This document shows, piece after piece, positions 33,095-46,232 of a stretch of 64,000 bases of DNA; position 1 is the first letter of the stretch, and the number at the start of each line of letters is the position of its first letter. The DNA is from the human T2T-CHM13v2.0 reference genome, Homo sapiens. Under the pieces are notes generated by a model. That model saw nothing but the letters and a program-made list of their open reading frames with translations, searched no databases and was not told where the DNA came from. The translations under genes were made by a program, and so were the position numbers. The DNA is taken from the NCBI RefSeq assembly GCF_009914755.1, contig NC_060932.1. One strand, given 5' to 3'.

Positions 33095-35013
33095 ATGTAC
33101 AAATTTGAAATGAGAATTGACAATGATACAATAATAGTAGAAGACTCTAATACTTCACTTGCAATACTGAATAGAATATCCAGGCAGCAAATCAATTTAA
33201 AAATTAACAGCAGACTTGAAAAACATTATAGGTCAGATGGACCTAATATACATATACAGAACTTTCCATTCAGGAGTGAAAGAACACACTTTCTTCTTAA
33301 GCACACAGAACATTCTCCAGAATAGATCACATGTTGTGTCACAAAAACAGGTCTTAACAAATTTAAGTGGCTGATATCATACTAACTATCTTTTCCAGCT
33401 ACAATGTAATGAAGCTAGAAAGGAATAACAGTGAGAAATAGAAAAAAAACTACAAACGTGAAAACTAAACAGCACACTCTTCAGCAATCATTGAATCAAA
33501 GGGGAAATCAAAAGGAAATTTTAAAAATATCTCAAGACAAACGAAAATGCAAGTGCAACACACTTAAGTGTATGGCATGCAGCAAAAGAAGGGAGTTCTA
33601 AAAGGTAAGTGTGTAGCAAAATGCCCACATTAAAAAGACACCATATAAACAACGTAACTTTCTACTTTAAAGAACTAAAAACAGAACAAACTAGGTTCAA
33701 AGTTATTAGAAGGTGAGAAATGAATATTAGAGCAGAAATTAAACAGAGAATAGAAAAACAAAAGAAAAAATCAGTAAAACAAATACTTGGCTTTTTGAAA
33801 AGATGAAATCAGTAAACTTTTATCTAACAGGAAAAAAGAGAGGAGACTTAAGTAAATAAAATCAGAAATCATAGAAGAGACATTACAATGATTGCCTCAG
33901 TAATAAGAAGGATCATAGGGGCTACTATGAACAATTATATGCCAACAAATTGGATAACCTAAAAGAAATTGGATATATTCCTAGAAATATACAACCTACC
34001 AAAACTGAAGCAATAAATAGAAAGCAGTAAGAAACAGAGCAGTAATGAGTAAGGACATTGAATCAATAAACGTGAACCTCCCGACAAAGAAAAATTCAGG
34101 ATCAGATACCTTCAAAGGTGAATTCTAACAAACATTCAAGGAAGAATTAATACCAGTCCTCTTAAACTCTTCCAAAAAATAGAAGAGGGAACACTTCCAA
34201 AGTCATTTTATGATGCCAACATTACCAAGATACTACAGCCAGACAAAGACATAACAAGAAAATAAAACTACACACCAATAACTCTAATGAATCCAGACAG
34301 AAAAATCTTCAGTGAGATGCCAGCAAACCAAACTCAATGGCATATTAAAAGTATTACACACCGAGTGGGATTTGTTCTTAGGATGTAAAGGTGGTTCAGC
34401 ATACACAAAACAATACATGTGATATACCACATTAACATAAAATGAACAACAGAAACCACTTGATTATCTCAAGTGATGCAGAAAAATCATCTGACAAAAG
34501 TCAGCATCTATCCATGACAAAAACTCTCAACAAAATAGTTATAGAAGAAACTTACCTCAATGCCACAAAGTCTACATATGAAAAACACACAGGTAACATC
34601 GTAATTAACGAGGAAAAACTGAAAGCTTTTGCTCAAAGATCTGGTACAAGGCAAGAATGCTCATTCTCACTACTTCTATTGAACATAGTACTGGAATTTT
34701 AACCAGAGCAATTAGACAAGAAAACGAAAAACAAGGTACTCATAATGGAAAGAAAGAAGTAAAATTATCTGTTAGCAGATAACATGATCATATATATAGA
34801 AAACTCTCAATACTCAATGACAACTGCAAACTGTTAAAGCTAACAAACAAATTCAGTAAAGTTGCAGTATATGATATAAACATACACAAAATGGTGGCAT
34901 TTCTATACATTAACAAGGAGCTATCCAAAAAGGAAATTAACAAAACAATCTCATTTACAATAGCAATAAAAAGAATAAAATACTTAGGAATAAACTAAAG
35001 AAGTGAAAAACTT

Positions 35014-35575
35014 TGCTATGGTTTAAATGTTTCCCCCAAAGTCCATGCATTGGATACTTCATCTCCAATGTAATAGTGTCCGTAGGTGAGACCTTTTTAA
35101 TTTTTTAATTTCTATTTTTTATACAGATGGGGTCTTGCTATGTTGGCCAAGGTAGTCTTGAAGTCCTGGCCTGAAGCAATCCTCCTGCCTCAGCCTTCCA
35201 AGGTGCTGAGTTTATAGGTGTGAGCCACTTGGTCAAGCCACAGGTGAGACCTTTAAGAGGTAATCAGGTCAGGAGGGCTCTGTCTTCATGAATGGATTAA
35301 TGGCATTATTGCAGGAGTGGGTTAGTTATTGTGGGAGTGGGCTCCTAATAAAAGGATAAGTTTAGTCCCATTTTCTCTCTGTCTTTAGTGCTTACTTGCC
35401 ATGTGATGCTTTCTACTATGTTATGACCCATAGTGTTAATAGATGACCAATTAGATGCCAGAGTCATTGCCTTGGACTTCCCAGCCTCCGGAACCATGAG
35501 CCAAATAAATCTCTTTTCTTTGGAAATTACCCACTCTGTGGTGTTTTGTTATAGCAGCAGAAAATGAACTAAGAA
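35014..35575 (+). mobile_element. MaLR MST-like solo LTR
   Basis: tgctatggtttaaatgtttcccccaaa...catgaatggattaat...ttggacttcccagcctcc...tttgttatagcagcagaaaatgaactaaga. Confidence 0.85.
35097..35241 (-). mobile_element. Alu monomer (FLAM-like) inside the MST LTR
   Basis: Single arm; TSD aggtgagaccttt at 35084-35096 and 35242-35254. Confidence 0.9.
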
Positions 35576-36661
35576 AGATGTGCACACTAAAAAGTATAAA
35601 ACATTGATGTAAGAAATTAAAGAAGACACAATGAAAAGACTTCCCTTGTTCATGAATTGAAGTAATTAAAATTGCTAAAATACTCATGCTACCAAAAGTG
35701 ATCTATGTAGTCAATGCAATCCCTATTAAAATCTCAGTGGCATTCTTTACAGAAGTAGAAAAAACCAAAAACTCGTAGAGGAACACAAAAGACCCCAAAA
35801 AGCCAAATCAATTTTGAGAAATAACAAAGATAAATATTTTCCACTTTCTGATTTTATAATATATTACAAAGCCATAGTAATCATAAGTGTATGCCACTGG
35901 AATAAAAACAGACACATATATAAATGCAACTGAATAGAGACATATAAATCCACACATTTACCATCAACTGATCTTCAACAAGAGTGCAAAGATCACACAA
36001 TAGGGAAAGGATAGTCTCTTCAATAAATGGTGTTAAAAAAATTAGATAACCACTTGCAGGAGAATGAAATTAGATCCTTATCTCACAGAATAAACAAAAA
36101 TCAACTCAGAATGGATTAAAAACTTAACCGTAAGATCTGCAACTCTAAAACTACTATAGGAAAACATAGAGAAAAAGCTTTTTGAAATTAGTCTTGGCAC
36201 AGATTGTTTGGTCATGACACCAAAAGCACAAGTAGCAAAAGCAAAAATAGACAAGTGGGCTTGCATCAAACTAAAAAGCTTTGCACAACAAAGGAGAAAT
36301 TGACAGAGTTAAAAGGCAATCTATAGGATGGGAGGAAATACTTGCAAACTATATATCTGATAAGGGGTTGATATCCAAAAAATACAATAAACTCATATAA
36401 CTCAACAGCAAAATAAATAATAAATAAATAATAAAAATAATAAAATAATAATAATAATAAATTAAAAATAATATGATTCCAAAAATGGGCAAAAGACCTG
36501 AATAGACATTTCTCAAAATAAGATACACAAATGGCCAACAGGTGCATGAAAAAGGTGCTCAACATCACAAATCATCAGAGAAATGCAAATGAAAACCACA
36601 ATGAGATATTACCTCACAACTGGTAAAATGATTAACAAAAAGATGAAAGATGAAAAGCATT

Positions 36662-36898
36662 GGCTGGGTGTGGTGGCTGACGCCTGTAATTCTAGCACTT
36701 TGGGAGGCTGAGGAGGGCAGATCACTTGAGCCCAAGAATGTGAGACCAGCCTGGGCAACATGGTGAAACCCCATCTCTAATAAAACTACAAAAAATGAGG
36801 TGGGAGGATCACCTGAGCCTGGGGAGGTTGAGGCTGTGGTAAGCAGTGACTGCGCCACTGCATATTCCAGCCTGGGTGACAGAGTGAGACCTCATCTC

Positions 36899-36941
<43 letters not shown>

Positions 36942-36942
36942 A
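36662..36942 (+). mobile_element. Alu (AluJ-like) with an internal deletion and (TAAA)n tail
   Basis: The linker jumps directly to gaggtgggaggatcacctgag; tail at 36899-36942. Confidence 0.9.
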
Positions 36943-36989
36943 TGTTGTTAAGGATGTGGATACTAAGACGTCAGCTCACCCCAAATGAT

Positions 36990-37221
36990 AAATAGATTCC
37001 ATGCTCTTCTGCTCTCGAACCTTGAAACTACATCACTGGTTTGCCTGGGTCTCCAGCTTGCAGATGGCAGATTATGGAATTTCTCAGCCTTCATAATTAT
37101 GTGAGTCAATATCTTATAATAATAAAGCATATATGTGTAAAATGAATCATATATAGGTAGCAAGATAGATACATGCATACATACATATCTCCTGTGCTCT
37201 CTGGAGAACCCTCTCTAATAT
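36990..37221 (+). mobile_element. ERVL MLT2-like LTR 3' fragment
   Basis: ctgggtctccagcttgcagatggcagattatggaatttctcagccttcataat...tctctggagaaccct..ctaatata. Confidence 0.75.
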
Positions 37222-37339
37222 ACCTGGAGCAAGAGATTCTGGGTGGAGACATACAATGGCACCTAAGGCCCCAAGCAGAAGCTGGTGGGACAGTTCATAC
37301 TCTTCAGAACGACTCTCCCTAAAAATACATAACCCCAAC

Positions 37340-37834
37340 CCAGAAAATAACTAGTATTGGCAAGGAGGCAGAGAAATTGGAATCCCTGTGTACTGCCAAC
37401 AGGAATGTAAAGTGATACAGCTACTACAGAAAACAGTAAGAAGTTTCCTCAAAAATTAAGCATATAGCTAACATGTGATCCAGCAATTCCACTTTTGGAT
37501 ATAAACCTAAAAGAATTGAAAGTAGGAACTAGAACAGATATTTGTATATCAATGTTCCTAGGACCATTATTCACAGTAGCCAAAAGGTGAAAACCACCAA
37601 AATATTCAGTGATGAGAATATGGATGAACAAAATATGGCCTATATATACAATGAGATATTATCCAGTATTAAAAAGAAATGAAAATCTGATACACGCTAC
37701 AACATGGATGAACCTTGAAGAGCAAATTTTTGTCTTTGGCTAAATGAAATAAACCCAAAACAAAAGACAAATAATATATGATTCTACTTACATGAGGGAT
37801 CTGGAATAGTCAAATCACAGAGAAAGAAAGCAGA
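37340..37834 (+). mobile_element. L1MA/MB 3' region fragment
   Basis: gatccagcaattccacttttggatata...caacatggatgaaccttga...atgattctacttacatgagg. Confidence 0.8.
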
Positions 37835-38012
37835 GGCCGGGCGTGGTGGCTCATGCCTGTAATCCCAGCACTTTGGGAGGCTGAGGTGGGCGGATGGCCT
37901 GAGATCAGGGGAGTTGCAGTGAGCTGAGATTGCACCATTGAACTCCAGCCGGGGCAACAAGGATGAAACTCTGTCCGTGCCGCCCCTTCGCCCTCAAAAA
38001 GAAAAAGAAAGA
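37835..38012 (+). mobile_element. Monomer-length hybrid Alu (left-arm 5' half joined to right-arm 3' half)
   Basis: ggccgggcgtggtggctc...gagatcaggggagttgcagtgagctgagattgcacc...; the Alu middle is missing. Confidence 0.85.
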
Positions 38013-39650
38013 AATATTCAGGTAATGAAAAAGAAGCAGTAAAGGATGAATAGAGGGGAACAAAAGATGTGACACTAAGCAAACAATAAGTGACATATGT
38101 AAATCCAACTGTACCAATTACAGCATTAAACGTGAACCGATTAAACAATCAAAACGAAGAGATTGTCAAATTAACTTTAAAAACAAGGCCAACTAATGCT
38201 ATGTATGGGACACACTTTAGATTTCAAGATACAAATAAGTTGAAACTAAAAGGATAGAAAAAGATGTATCATGCAAATAGCAACCATAAGAAAGCTGAAG
38301 TGGCTATACAAATACTCAAAAAATAGACTTTAAAACAAAAAGAAAAGCTACTAGAGATGAAGAGGGATATTTTATATTGATAGAAGGTTCAATCCATTGG
38401 GAAGATTTGGCAGTTACAGACATATATGCATCTAAAAAGAGGCCCCAAAATACATGAAACAAAAATTGATAGAATTGGAGGGAGAAGTAGGCAATTCAGC
38501 AATAATATTGGAGGCCGAGCATGGTAGCTCACATCTGTAATCCCAGCACTTTGGGAGGCCAAGGAAGGAGCACTGCTTAAGGCCAAGAGTTTGAGACCAA
38601 CCTGGCAACATAGTAAAGACCCTGTCTCTACAAAAAATTTTAAAATTAGCCCAGAGTGGTGGTGCATGCCTGTAGTCCCAACAACCTGGGAGGCTGAGGT
38701 AGAAGAATTGCTTGAGTCTGGAGGAGGTCAAGGTTGCTATAATCACACCATTGCATTCCAGCCTGAATGATGGAGTGAGACACTGTCTCAAAAAACAAAA
38801 ACAAAAACCAATAACAGTTGGAGACTTCAATGCCCCATTTTCAATAACAGATAAAACAACTAGGTAGAAGAATAAAAAAAAAACTGGGACAACACTGTAA
38901 ACCACCTAGATCTAATAGATACCTATTGAACATTCTATCCAACAACAGCAAAATATTCATTTTTCTTGGGCACATGGGACATTCTACAGGAGACACTATG
39001 AGACACTATATGTGAGGTCATAAAACAAGCCTGAGTAAATTTAAAAGGATTGAAATTATTCAAAGTATGTTCTCTGACCACAGTGAGATTATAAACTTAT
39101 AGCATATAGAAATTCAAAGGACTTAAAATAGCCAAAAGAATGTTTAAAAAGAGCAAAACTGGAGGACAATTTCCTGATTTGAAACTTACTGTAACACCAC
39201 AGCAATCAAGACTGTGTGGTAGAGACAAAAGGATAGACATATAGTCAATGGAATAGCATTGACAGTCCAGAAATAAATATATATTTATAGTCAATAGATT
39301 TTTATAGTCAATTTTATAGTCAAATGTATATATACATTTATAGTCAATAGATTTTTGAGGAGGGTGGGGAAACAAGAGTCTTTTCAAAAGCAGTGTGGAG
39401 TCACTGGATATGGTGCTGAGTCACATAGACAAAAGAATAAACTCAGATCCCTACCTCACAGCATACATAAAAAATTAACTCAAAATGGATCACAGACCTA
39501 AAAGTAAGTGCTAAAACTATAAAACTCTTAGAATAAAACATGAGTAAACCTTCGTGACCTTGGCGTAGGTGATGGTTTCTTAGATATAACACCAAAAGCA
39601 TAGGCAATAAAAGAACAAAATAGATAAATATGACTTAATCAAAATTAAAA
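38013..39650 (+). mobile_element. Old L1M ORF2 fragments, interrupted by an Alu
   Basis: EN start (caattacagcattaaacgtgaacc; ggagacttcaatgcccc) and later ORF2 pieces. Confidence 0.75.
38513..38808 (+). mobile_element. Alu (AluJ-like)
   Basis: Dimer; degenerate TSD caataa..ttgga. Confidence 0.9.
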
Positions 39651-39651
39651 T

Positions 39652-40012
39652 CTTTTTTTTAACACTTTAAGTTCTGGGATACATGTAGAGAACGTGCAGG
39701 TTTGTTACATGGGTATACATGTGCCATGGTGGTTTGCTGCACCCATCAAGCCGTCATCTACATTAGGTATTTCTCCTAATGCTATCCCTCCCCTTGCCCC
39801 CCACCCTCCAACAGGCCCTGGTGTGTGATGTTCCCCTCCCTGTGCCCATATGTGCTCATTGTTCAACTCCTACTTATCAATGAGAACATGCAGTGTTTGG
39901 TTTTCTGTTCCTATGTTAGTTAGTTTGCTGAGAATGATAGTTTCCAGCTTCATCCATGTCCCTGCAAAGAACATGAAATCATTCTTTTTTATGGCTATAC
40001 AGTATTCCATTA
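39652..40012 (-). mobile_element. L1PA7/8-like 3' end fragment
   Basis: actttaagttctgggatacatgt...ccagcttcatccatgtccctgcaaag. Confidence 0.93.
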
Positions 40013-41554
40013 ATTTTCTCAAGCTGATGTCAGTCAGCTTCAGCACGTTACATGTGAAGATTTACAGTGCTTGAGTGAACAGGGCATTCTATCTTAAATA
40101 CCTGAGATTGCTGATATCCAAGTGACCCTGGGGCCCACTCCAACTTGGCCCAGGAATCAGCCCAGAGCTCCAACTTCTGTGGTCTCCTGCCCTTTCACTG
40201 TAGGCCTTACCACCTATTCTCAGTCTTCTCCATCAAGTCCTAATGAGGTTGGTTTTCTTCGGCACTTTTCTTCACTGAAGCTGCTAGAGCCGAAGTTTGA
40301 GACGGAAAAACTTCCCTCATTCACGGAAGACTGAGCTGATGAGACTGCCTAATTTCTCCTGGCCAGTTAAGCAGACAAACTACGTTCAAGGCCTCTAGAG
40401 AAGGCCTTCGTAATGTAGGATCTAGGTCCTGGCAGATTCCTGCCACTGTTACATTGCTATTAAGTAATAAGTCAACTGGGTTGACCTTCTGAAACATGAA
40501 ATGATCCCAGGAGTATGTCTAGGGTAGAGTGTGTGCAGAAAGCTTGGGATGGTGGTGGAGAATGTTGGACATGGGTCAATCAAATGCCTGCGTACTGAGA
40601 GGTGATTGATGTGTGACGTCTGAGAGTAGAGCTTTTAGACATAATTCTCAAGATCAATCTGTGTGCTGATTTTCCTGGACAGTTGTTTGAGAATCAAGGC
40701 CAAGCCCAGGCAAATGTTCAATTCTGAGTGTGATGCTTTTGTTTTCACAACCGTGAAGTCTGCTTGTATGTAACACATTGTGTTATTATTAGAATATTTA
40801 AATATCTCAAGCCAAAGATATTGGTACTGGACAACATAAAATAATTTTTTGGGTAAAACAGTACTCTGACAGTGATGAAAAATAAATTCATAAACATTTC
40901 ATAAAAATGGCGATTAGCCTTACATTAAAATATCAGCTGAAGTAAGAGTAAAATGTTACCTATGAAATTGTATCAGTTGCTACAATGCATTTAAGTCACA
41001 TAATAAAAATAAAAATGGTACCATATAATTAACAATGTCTATGACAATGTAAGCTCAGATCTGAATCTTCTTTTTTGGTTTTGATTTCTTGTATTCAATT
41101 ATAAATAGGATCACACTGCCATGTTCATTTATATATAAACTGCTTTAAAACTCAAAGATTTCAATTTATCATTTTTAATTCTGGCTCTTTAATTATTTCG
41201 TGAAGAAAACTAAAGATTGAGTTTTAAGATAAATTAAATAGCTGGCAGTATATACTGATTTTTACCTTTCACACTTTTACTTCTTCCTTTATTCAATCAC
41301 TTGTTCATGTAAATGTTTGAGTACATACTCTGCTACCCAGCTCTACTCTCACTGGTAAGGATACCAGGACTATAAATGAGATTTCATCCCCAACTTGGGG
41401 GAAGTCACAATTTCATGTAATACACAGACAGTGAATAATATGATATTATAAGTACAACAATCAAGATATGAACACCAATTTGTAACACAAGGAGATGGTT
41501 ACTAACTCTCAGAGGGAAACCTGGAAAATTCCATGGAGAAAGAGGTGTTTAAAA

Positions 41555-42115
41555 GTCTAGCAATTCCTCAAAGACTTAAACACACGGTTACCGTGTGACT
41601 TAGCAAATCTACTCCTGTATATTCCAGAGAACTGCAAACATATTGTCCACATAAAAACTTGTACACAACTGTTCATAGCAGCATTAATCAAATAGCCCCA
41701 AAGAAGAAACAACCCAAATATCTGTCAACTGATAAATGGATAAATAGAATGCATGATATATGGTGGAATATTATTTGGCAATAAAAAGGAATGAAGTACT
41801 GATAGATGCTTCAACATGGATGAACCTTAAAAATAATATGCTAACTGAAAGCCAGTTATAAGAACCACGTATTATATGATTGTGTATATGAAATGTCTAG
41901 AATAGGTAAATCTATAGAGACAGAAACTAGCCTACAGTTGGAGGCAGGGGAGGGGGGATTAAGTGCTAATGGGTGCAGAGCTTCTTTGGAGGTGACTAAA
42001 TGGCCTAAAATTGGTGATGGTTGCATATTCCTGCGAATAAACTAAAAACCATTTAATTATATACTAAGTAGATGAATTGTATATTTAAACTATATCTCAA
42101 CAGACCTGTTATATA
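41555..42115 (+). mobile_element. L1MB-like 3' end
   Basis: gtccacataaaaacttgtacac...aaggaatgaagtactgata...gtagatgaattgtat...tatatctcaa. Confidence 0.8.
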
Positions 42116-42918
42116 TTAAAGTAGTTCATATATGTGAAGCTTTTAGAACAATGCCTGGCACATAGTAAGTGCTATATGAAAGTTAGTTATTATGATGATG
42201 ACGATGATATAAAATATAAACTAAAGAAGAGACCACGTTATACCTGCAAAATTGTTAAATAGTTCAGCCTCACACAGTAATGGCCAGAATGTCTACAATC
42301 AATCATTCTACACTGTAGGTAGAATGTAAATTTGTGCAGTTTCATTGGCAGAGAGGTGACTTTACTTATTAGAATAATAAACACTTATGCTTTTTGACTC
42401 AATAATTTTAAAGAATTTGTATTTACTATAGCATGGTTTATATTACAAAAATATCTAAATAACTATCAACAGGTGTCTGATTAAATAAATGAAGACAAAA
42501 CCAAATAAGAAAATCTTATGTGGCCCAAAGAAGAAAGAAACAAAATATCTCTTCCTCAAGGAGCTAATCTCTAAGACATATTGTTAGGTGAAAAATATAA
42601 ATTGCAGAAGACTGCTCATGGTACGCTGACATTACTGTAAAAAGTAAGTTGTATGTGTGTGGATAAATACACACATATGCACACATTTACAAACACATTT
42701 ATGCTTGCGTGTTCATAGACTTTTCTGGAAAGGTAAACTTTATAAGAAAGGAAACTAGCAGCATGTGGAGAATGACTAGGGGATTGGAAGTCTTAGGTTA
42801 GAGAAAGATTTTTGTTTGCTTGTACATAATTTTGTACTGTTTGAAATTTCGATTTTAGTGTTTTTGTTTTGGTTAACAACAGATTACTTTTTCAACTAAA
42901 GAGTTAATTAGAAGAAGA

Positions 42919-43290
42919 GGCTGAACAAGGTGGCTCACACCTGTAATCCCAGCACTTTGGGAAGATGAGGCAGCAGGATCACTTGAACCCAGGAGTTCAA
43001 GACTGCCAGGGCAACACAGGGACACCTCTATCTGTACAAAAAGAAAAAAAAAATTTAATGAGCCAGGTGTGGTGGAATATGCTGGTAGTCCCAGCTACTC
43101 AGGAGACTGGGGTAGGAGGATTGCCTGAGCCTGGTAGGATTGCCTGAGCTGAGCTCAGGAGGTAGAGGCTGCAGTGAGCCATGATTGCGTCACTGCACTC
43201 CATCCAGCATGTGTGACAGAGCAAGACTTTGTCAAAAAAAAAAAAAAAAAAAAAAAGAAAGGAAGGAAGGAAAAGAAAGAAAGAAACAAA
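42919..43290 (+). mobile_element. Alu (AluJ-like) with an internal duplication and A/GAAA tail
   Basis: ggattgcctgagc occurs twice around 43118-43150. Confidence 0.9.
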
Positions 43291-43380
43291 GAGAAAGATA
43301 CTATGCCAGCAAAATTTCCAATCAAATGAAGTTGTCCTCCATTTTTCCAACCCAGATTTGAGCTACGTAAACTTAATTAT

Positions 43381-43386
43381 GTGTCT

Positions 43387-43425
<39 letters not shown>
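43381..43425. repeat. (TG)n microsatellite
   Basis: Read directly. Confidence 0.97.
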
Positions 43426-43426
<1 letters not shown>

Positions 43427-43676
43427 TTTTGTGGTTGTAGTTTCATAATTAATAAATCTAGTAAAAGTTTAAAATAAAAGGAACCCTGCTTTCTCCCCCA
43501 TTTGACACTGGATCATCTTTTACTCAGTGTTGTTAATTCATGCAACAACAATTGGCTAAGAACCTCCTAACTTCCCAGCACCATTAGATGCTGTGGGAAA
43601 TACCCCAGACAGGGAAAGAACAATACTTTCCTTCAGGTTATTTATGGTTGAAAAAAACAAACAAGAAAGTTCAGAT

Positions 43677-43977
<301 letters not shown>

Positions 43978-44330
43978 CTCAAGTAAGTCAGTTCTGTTTC
44001 AAGCCTGTTACAAGGGCTTTTCTGGGATATTACAGTATCACCAGGAAGTCAGCAGGGGGCATCTCAAACTCATCTTCTGCTAAATGGGGCTAAGCTCGTT
44101 TTCAGAGCAGGCCTTTGACATGGGTCTGAAGTTACCTCTGAAAGTGAAACCATCAGCAAAAAACATTCATGATGTTCCATATTCCAATCATTAGCTGGGT
44201 CTCAAAGTTTTCTTTAATCTTCTACATGGACTTACATTTTTTATTTTGTTTCGTTTTGTTTTGAAAAGGGGGGAAACTACTTATAAACGAACATGAATTA
44301 GAAATCCAGTGGGTTATTTGTGGGATATTC

Positions 44331-44332
<2 letters not shown>

Positions 44333-44364
<32 letters not shown>
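44333..44364. repeat. (TG)16 microsatellite
   Basis: Read directly. Confidence 0.97.
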
Positions 44365-44369
<5 letters not shown>

Positions 44370-44439
44370 CTCGCCCTTGGTTCCCCAGTTCCTCTGGGAC
44401 ATCACCTGGATAGTGTGCTCTACTCTTTTTCTTGTCTTT

Positions 44440-44712
44440 CCTTTTTTTTTTGAAACAGTGTCTCACTCTGTCATCTAGGCTGGAGTCCAGTGGTGTGCTC
44501 TCAGCTCACTGCAACCTCCACCTCCTGGGTTCAAGCAATTCTGGGGCCTCAGGCTCCTGAGGAGCTGGGGTTACAGGCACCTGCCACCACTGCTGGCTAA
44601 TTTTCTATTTTTAGTAGAGACGGGGTTTCACCATGTTGGCCAAGGTGGTCTCAACTCCTAATTTGGCCTCCTAAAGTGTCGGGATTACAGGCATGAGCCA
44701 CCGCACCCGGCC
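44440..44712 (-). mobile_element. Alu (AluS-like) with a small deletion
   Basis: Reverse dimer. Confidence 0.9.
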
Positions 44713-45149
44713 ATGCTCTTTCCCTTTCCCCTTAACATGAAGTCTCTTCCTGGAGGCATTATTGCAATGCACTGGCTTTTTAAAGAATTCTCTCTTTTTA
44801 AAAATTGTTTTGAAATTTACCTTCTTAATTTTATTCAGACAAATCTTTTAATGATGATTATATTATTTCTTCCTCTCTCTTAAAGTAGTTTTGTTTTTCC
44901 ATAGTTTTTGGAAAGGGGCAGGGCATGAACATCCCCAACTCAGGACAACTAAAATCTTTAAAATGTGTCCAGGTCATTCTACACTTATGGTTTGAAGCAG
45001 TGCTCCCCACATCCCACCATATTTCCAGGTCCAAGGGCTGCCAATCTCAACTTCATCCTTACCTTCAGCAACACATTATCATCTCTGTTCAGAGCCAGTT
45101 TGTGCTACAATTTAAAGGACAGATGTGAGTGGGTGGTGGTGGGAAAGCC

Positions 45150-45656
45150 TTATATGACAACTTTCAGTAAACATCTTTGTTCTTTCTTATTTAAAAAGTC
45201 AATAGGGGAGGAGCCAAGATGGCCAAATAGGAACATCTCTGGTCTACAGCTCCCAGCATGAGCAATGCAGAAGACGGGTGATTTCTGCATTTCCAACTGA
45301 GGTACTGGGTTCATCTCTCTGGGGTGTGCCAGACAGTGGGTGCAGGACAGTGGGTGCAGCGCACCATGCGCGAGCCGAAGCAGGGCGAGGCACCGCCTCA
45401 CCTGGGAAGCGCAAGGGGTCAGGGAATTTCCTTTCCTAGTCAAAGCAAGGTGTGACAGACGGCACCTGGAAAATCGGGTCACTCCCACCCTAATATTGTG
45501 CTTTCCCAACGGGCTTAAAAAACGGCACACCAGGAGATTATATCCCGCACATGGCTCAGAGGGTCCTACACCCACGGAGTCTCGCTCATCGCTAGCACAG
45601 CAGTCTGAGATCAAACTGCAAAGTGGCAGTGAGGCTGGGGGAGTGGCGCCTGCCAT
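45150..45656 (-). CDS. L1 ORF0-derived open reading frame, 168 aa, extending into flanking DNA (expression unknown)
   Basis: MAGATPPASLPLCSLISDCCAS...NIRVGVTRFSRC matches ORF0p; true ATG in gcaATGg context; no stop until TAA at 45150-45152, outside the element. Confidence 0.4.
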   Translation of the reverse strand: MAGATPPASLPLCSLISDCCASDERDSVGVGPSEPCAGYNLLVCRFLSPLGKHNIRVGVTRFSRCRLSHLALTRKGNSLTPCASQVRRCLALLRLAHGALHPLSCTHCLAHPREMNPVPQLEMQKSPVFCIAHAGSCRPEMFLFGHLGSSPIDFLNKKEQRCLLKVVI

Positions 45657-46232
45657 TGCTGAGACTTGATTAGGTAAATAAAGCAGCCCGGAAGCTCAAA
45701 CTGGGTGTAGCCCACCACAGCTCAAGGAGGCCTGCCTGCCTCTGTAGGCTCCACCTCTGGGGGCAGGGCACAGACAAACAAAAAGACAGCAGTAACCTCT
45801 GCAGACTTAAATGTCCCTGTCTGACAGCTTTGAAGAGAGTACTGGTTCTCCCAGCACGCAGCTGGAGATCTGAGAACAGGCAGACTGCCTCCTCAAGTGG
45901 GTCCCTGACCTCCAAGTAGCCTAACTGTAAGGCACCCGTCAGTAGGGGTGGACTGACACCTCACACGGCCAGGTACTACTCTGAGACAAAACTTCTAGAG
46001 GAACGACCAGGCAGCAGCATTTGCGGTTCACCAATATCCTCTGTTCTGCAGCCACCGCTGCTGATACCCAGGCAAACAGGGTCTGGAGTGGACCTCTAGC
46101 AAACTCCAACAGACTCGCAGCTGAGGGTCCTGTCTGTTAGAAGGAAAACTAACAAACAGGAAGGACATCCACACCAAAAACCCATCTGTATGTCACCATC
46201 ATCAAAGACCAAATGTAGATAAAACCACAAAG

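Larger units (their letters stand above)
33095..36965 (+). mobile_element. Old L1 (L1MA-like) ORF2 remnant, interrupted by an MST LTR and an Alu
   Basis: Peptides NDTIIVEDSNTSL and HLIISSDAEKSSDK...SGTRQECSFSLLLLNIVLE are degenerate ORF2 in collinear order. Confidence 0.85.
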
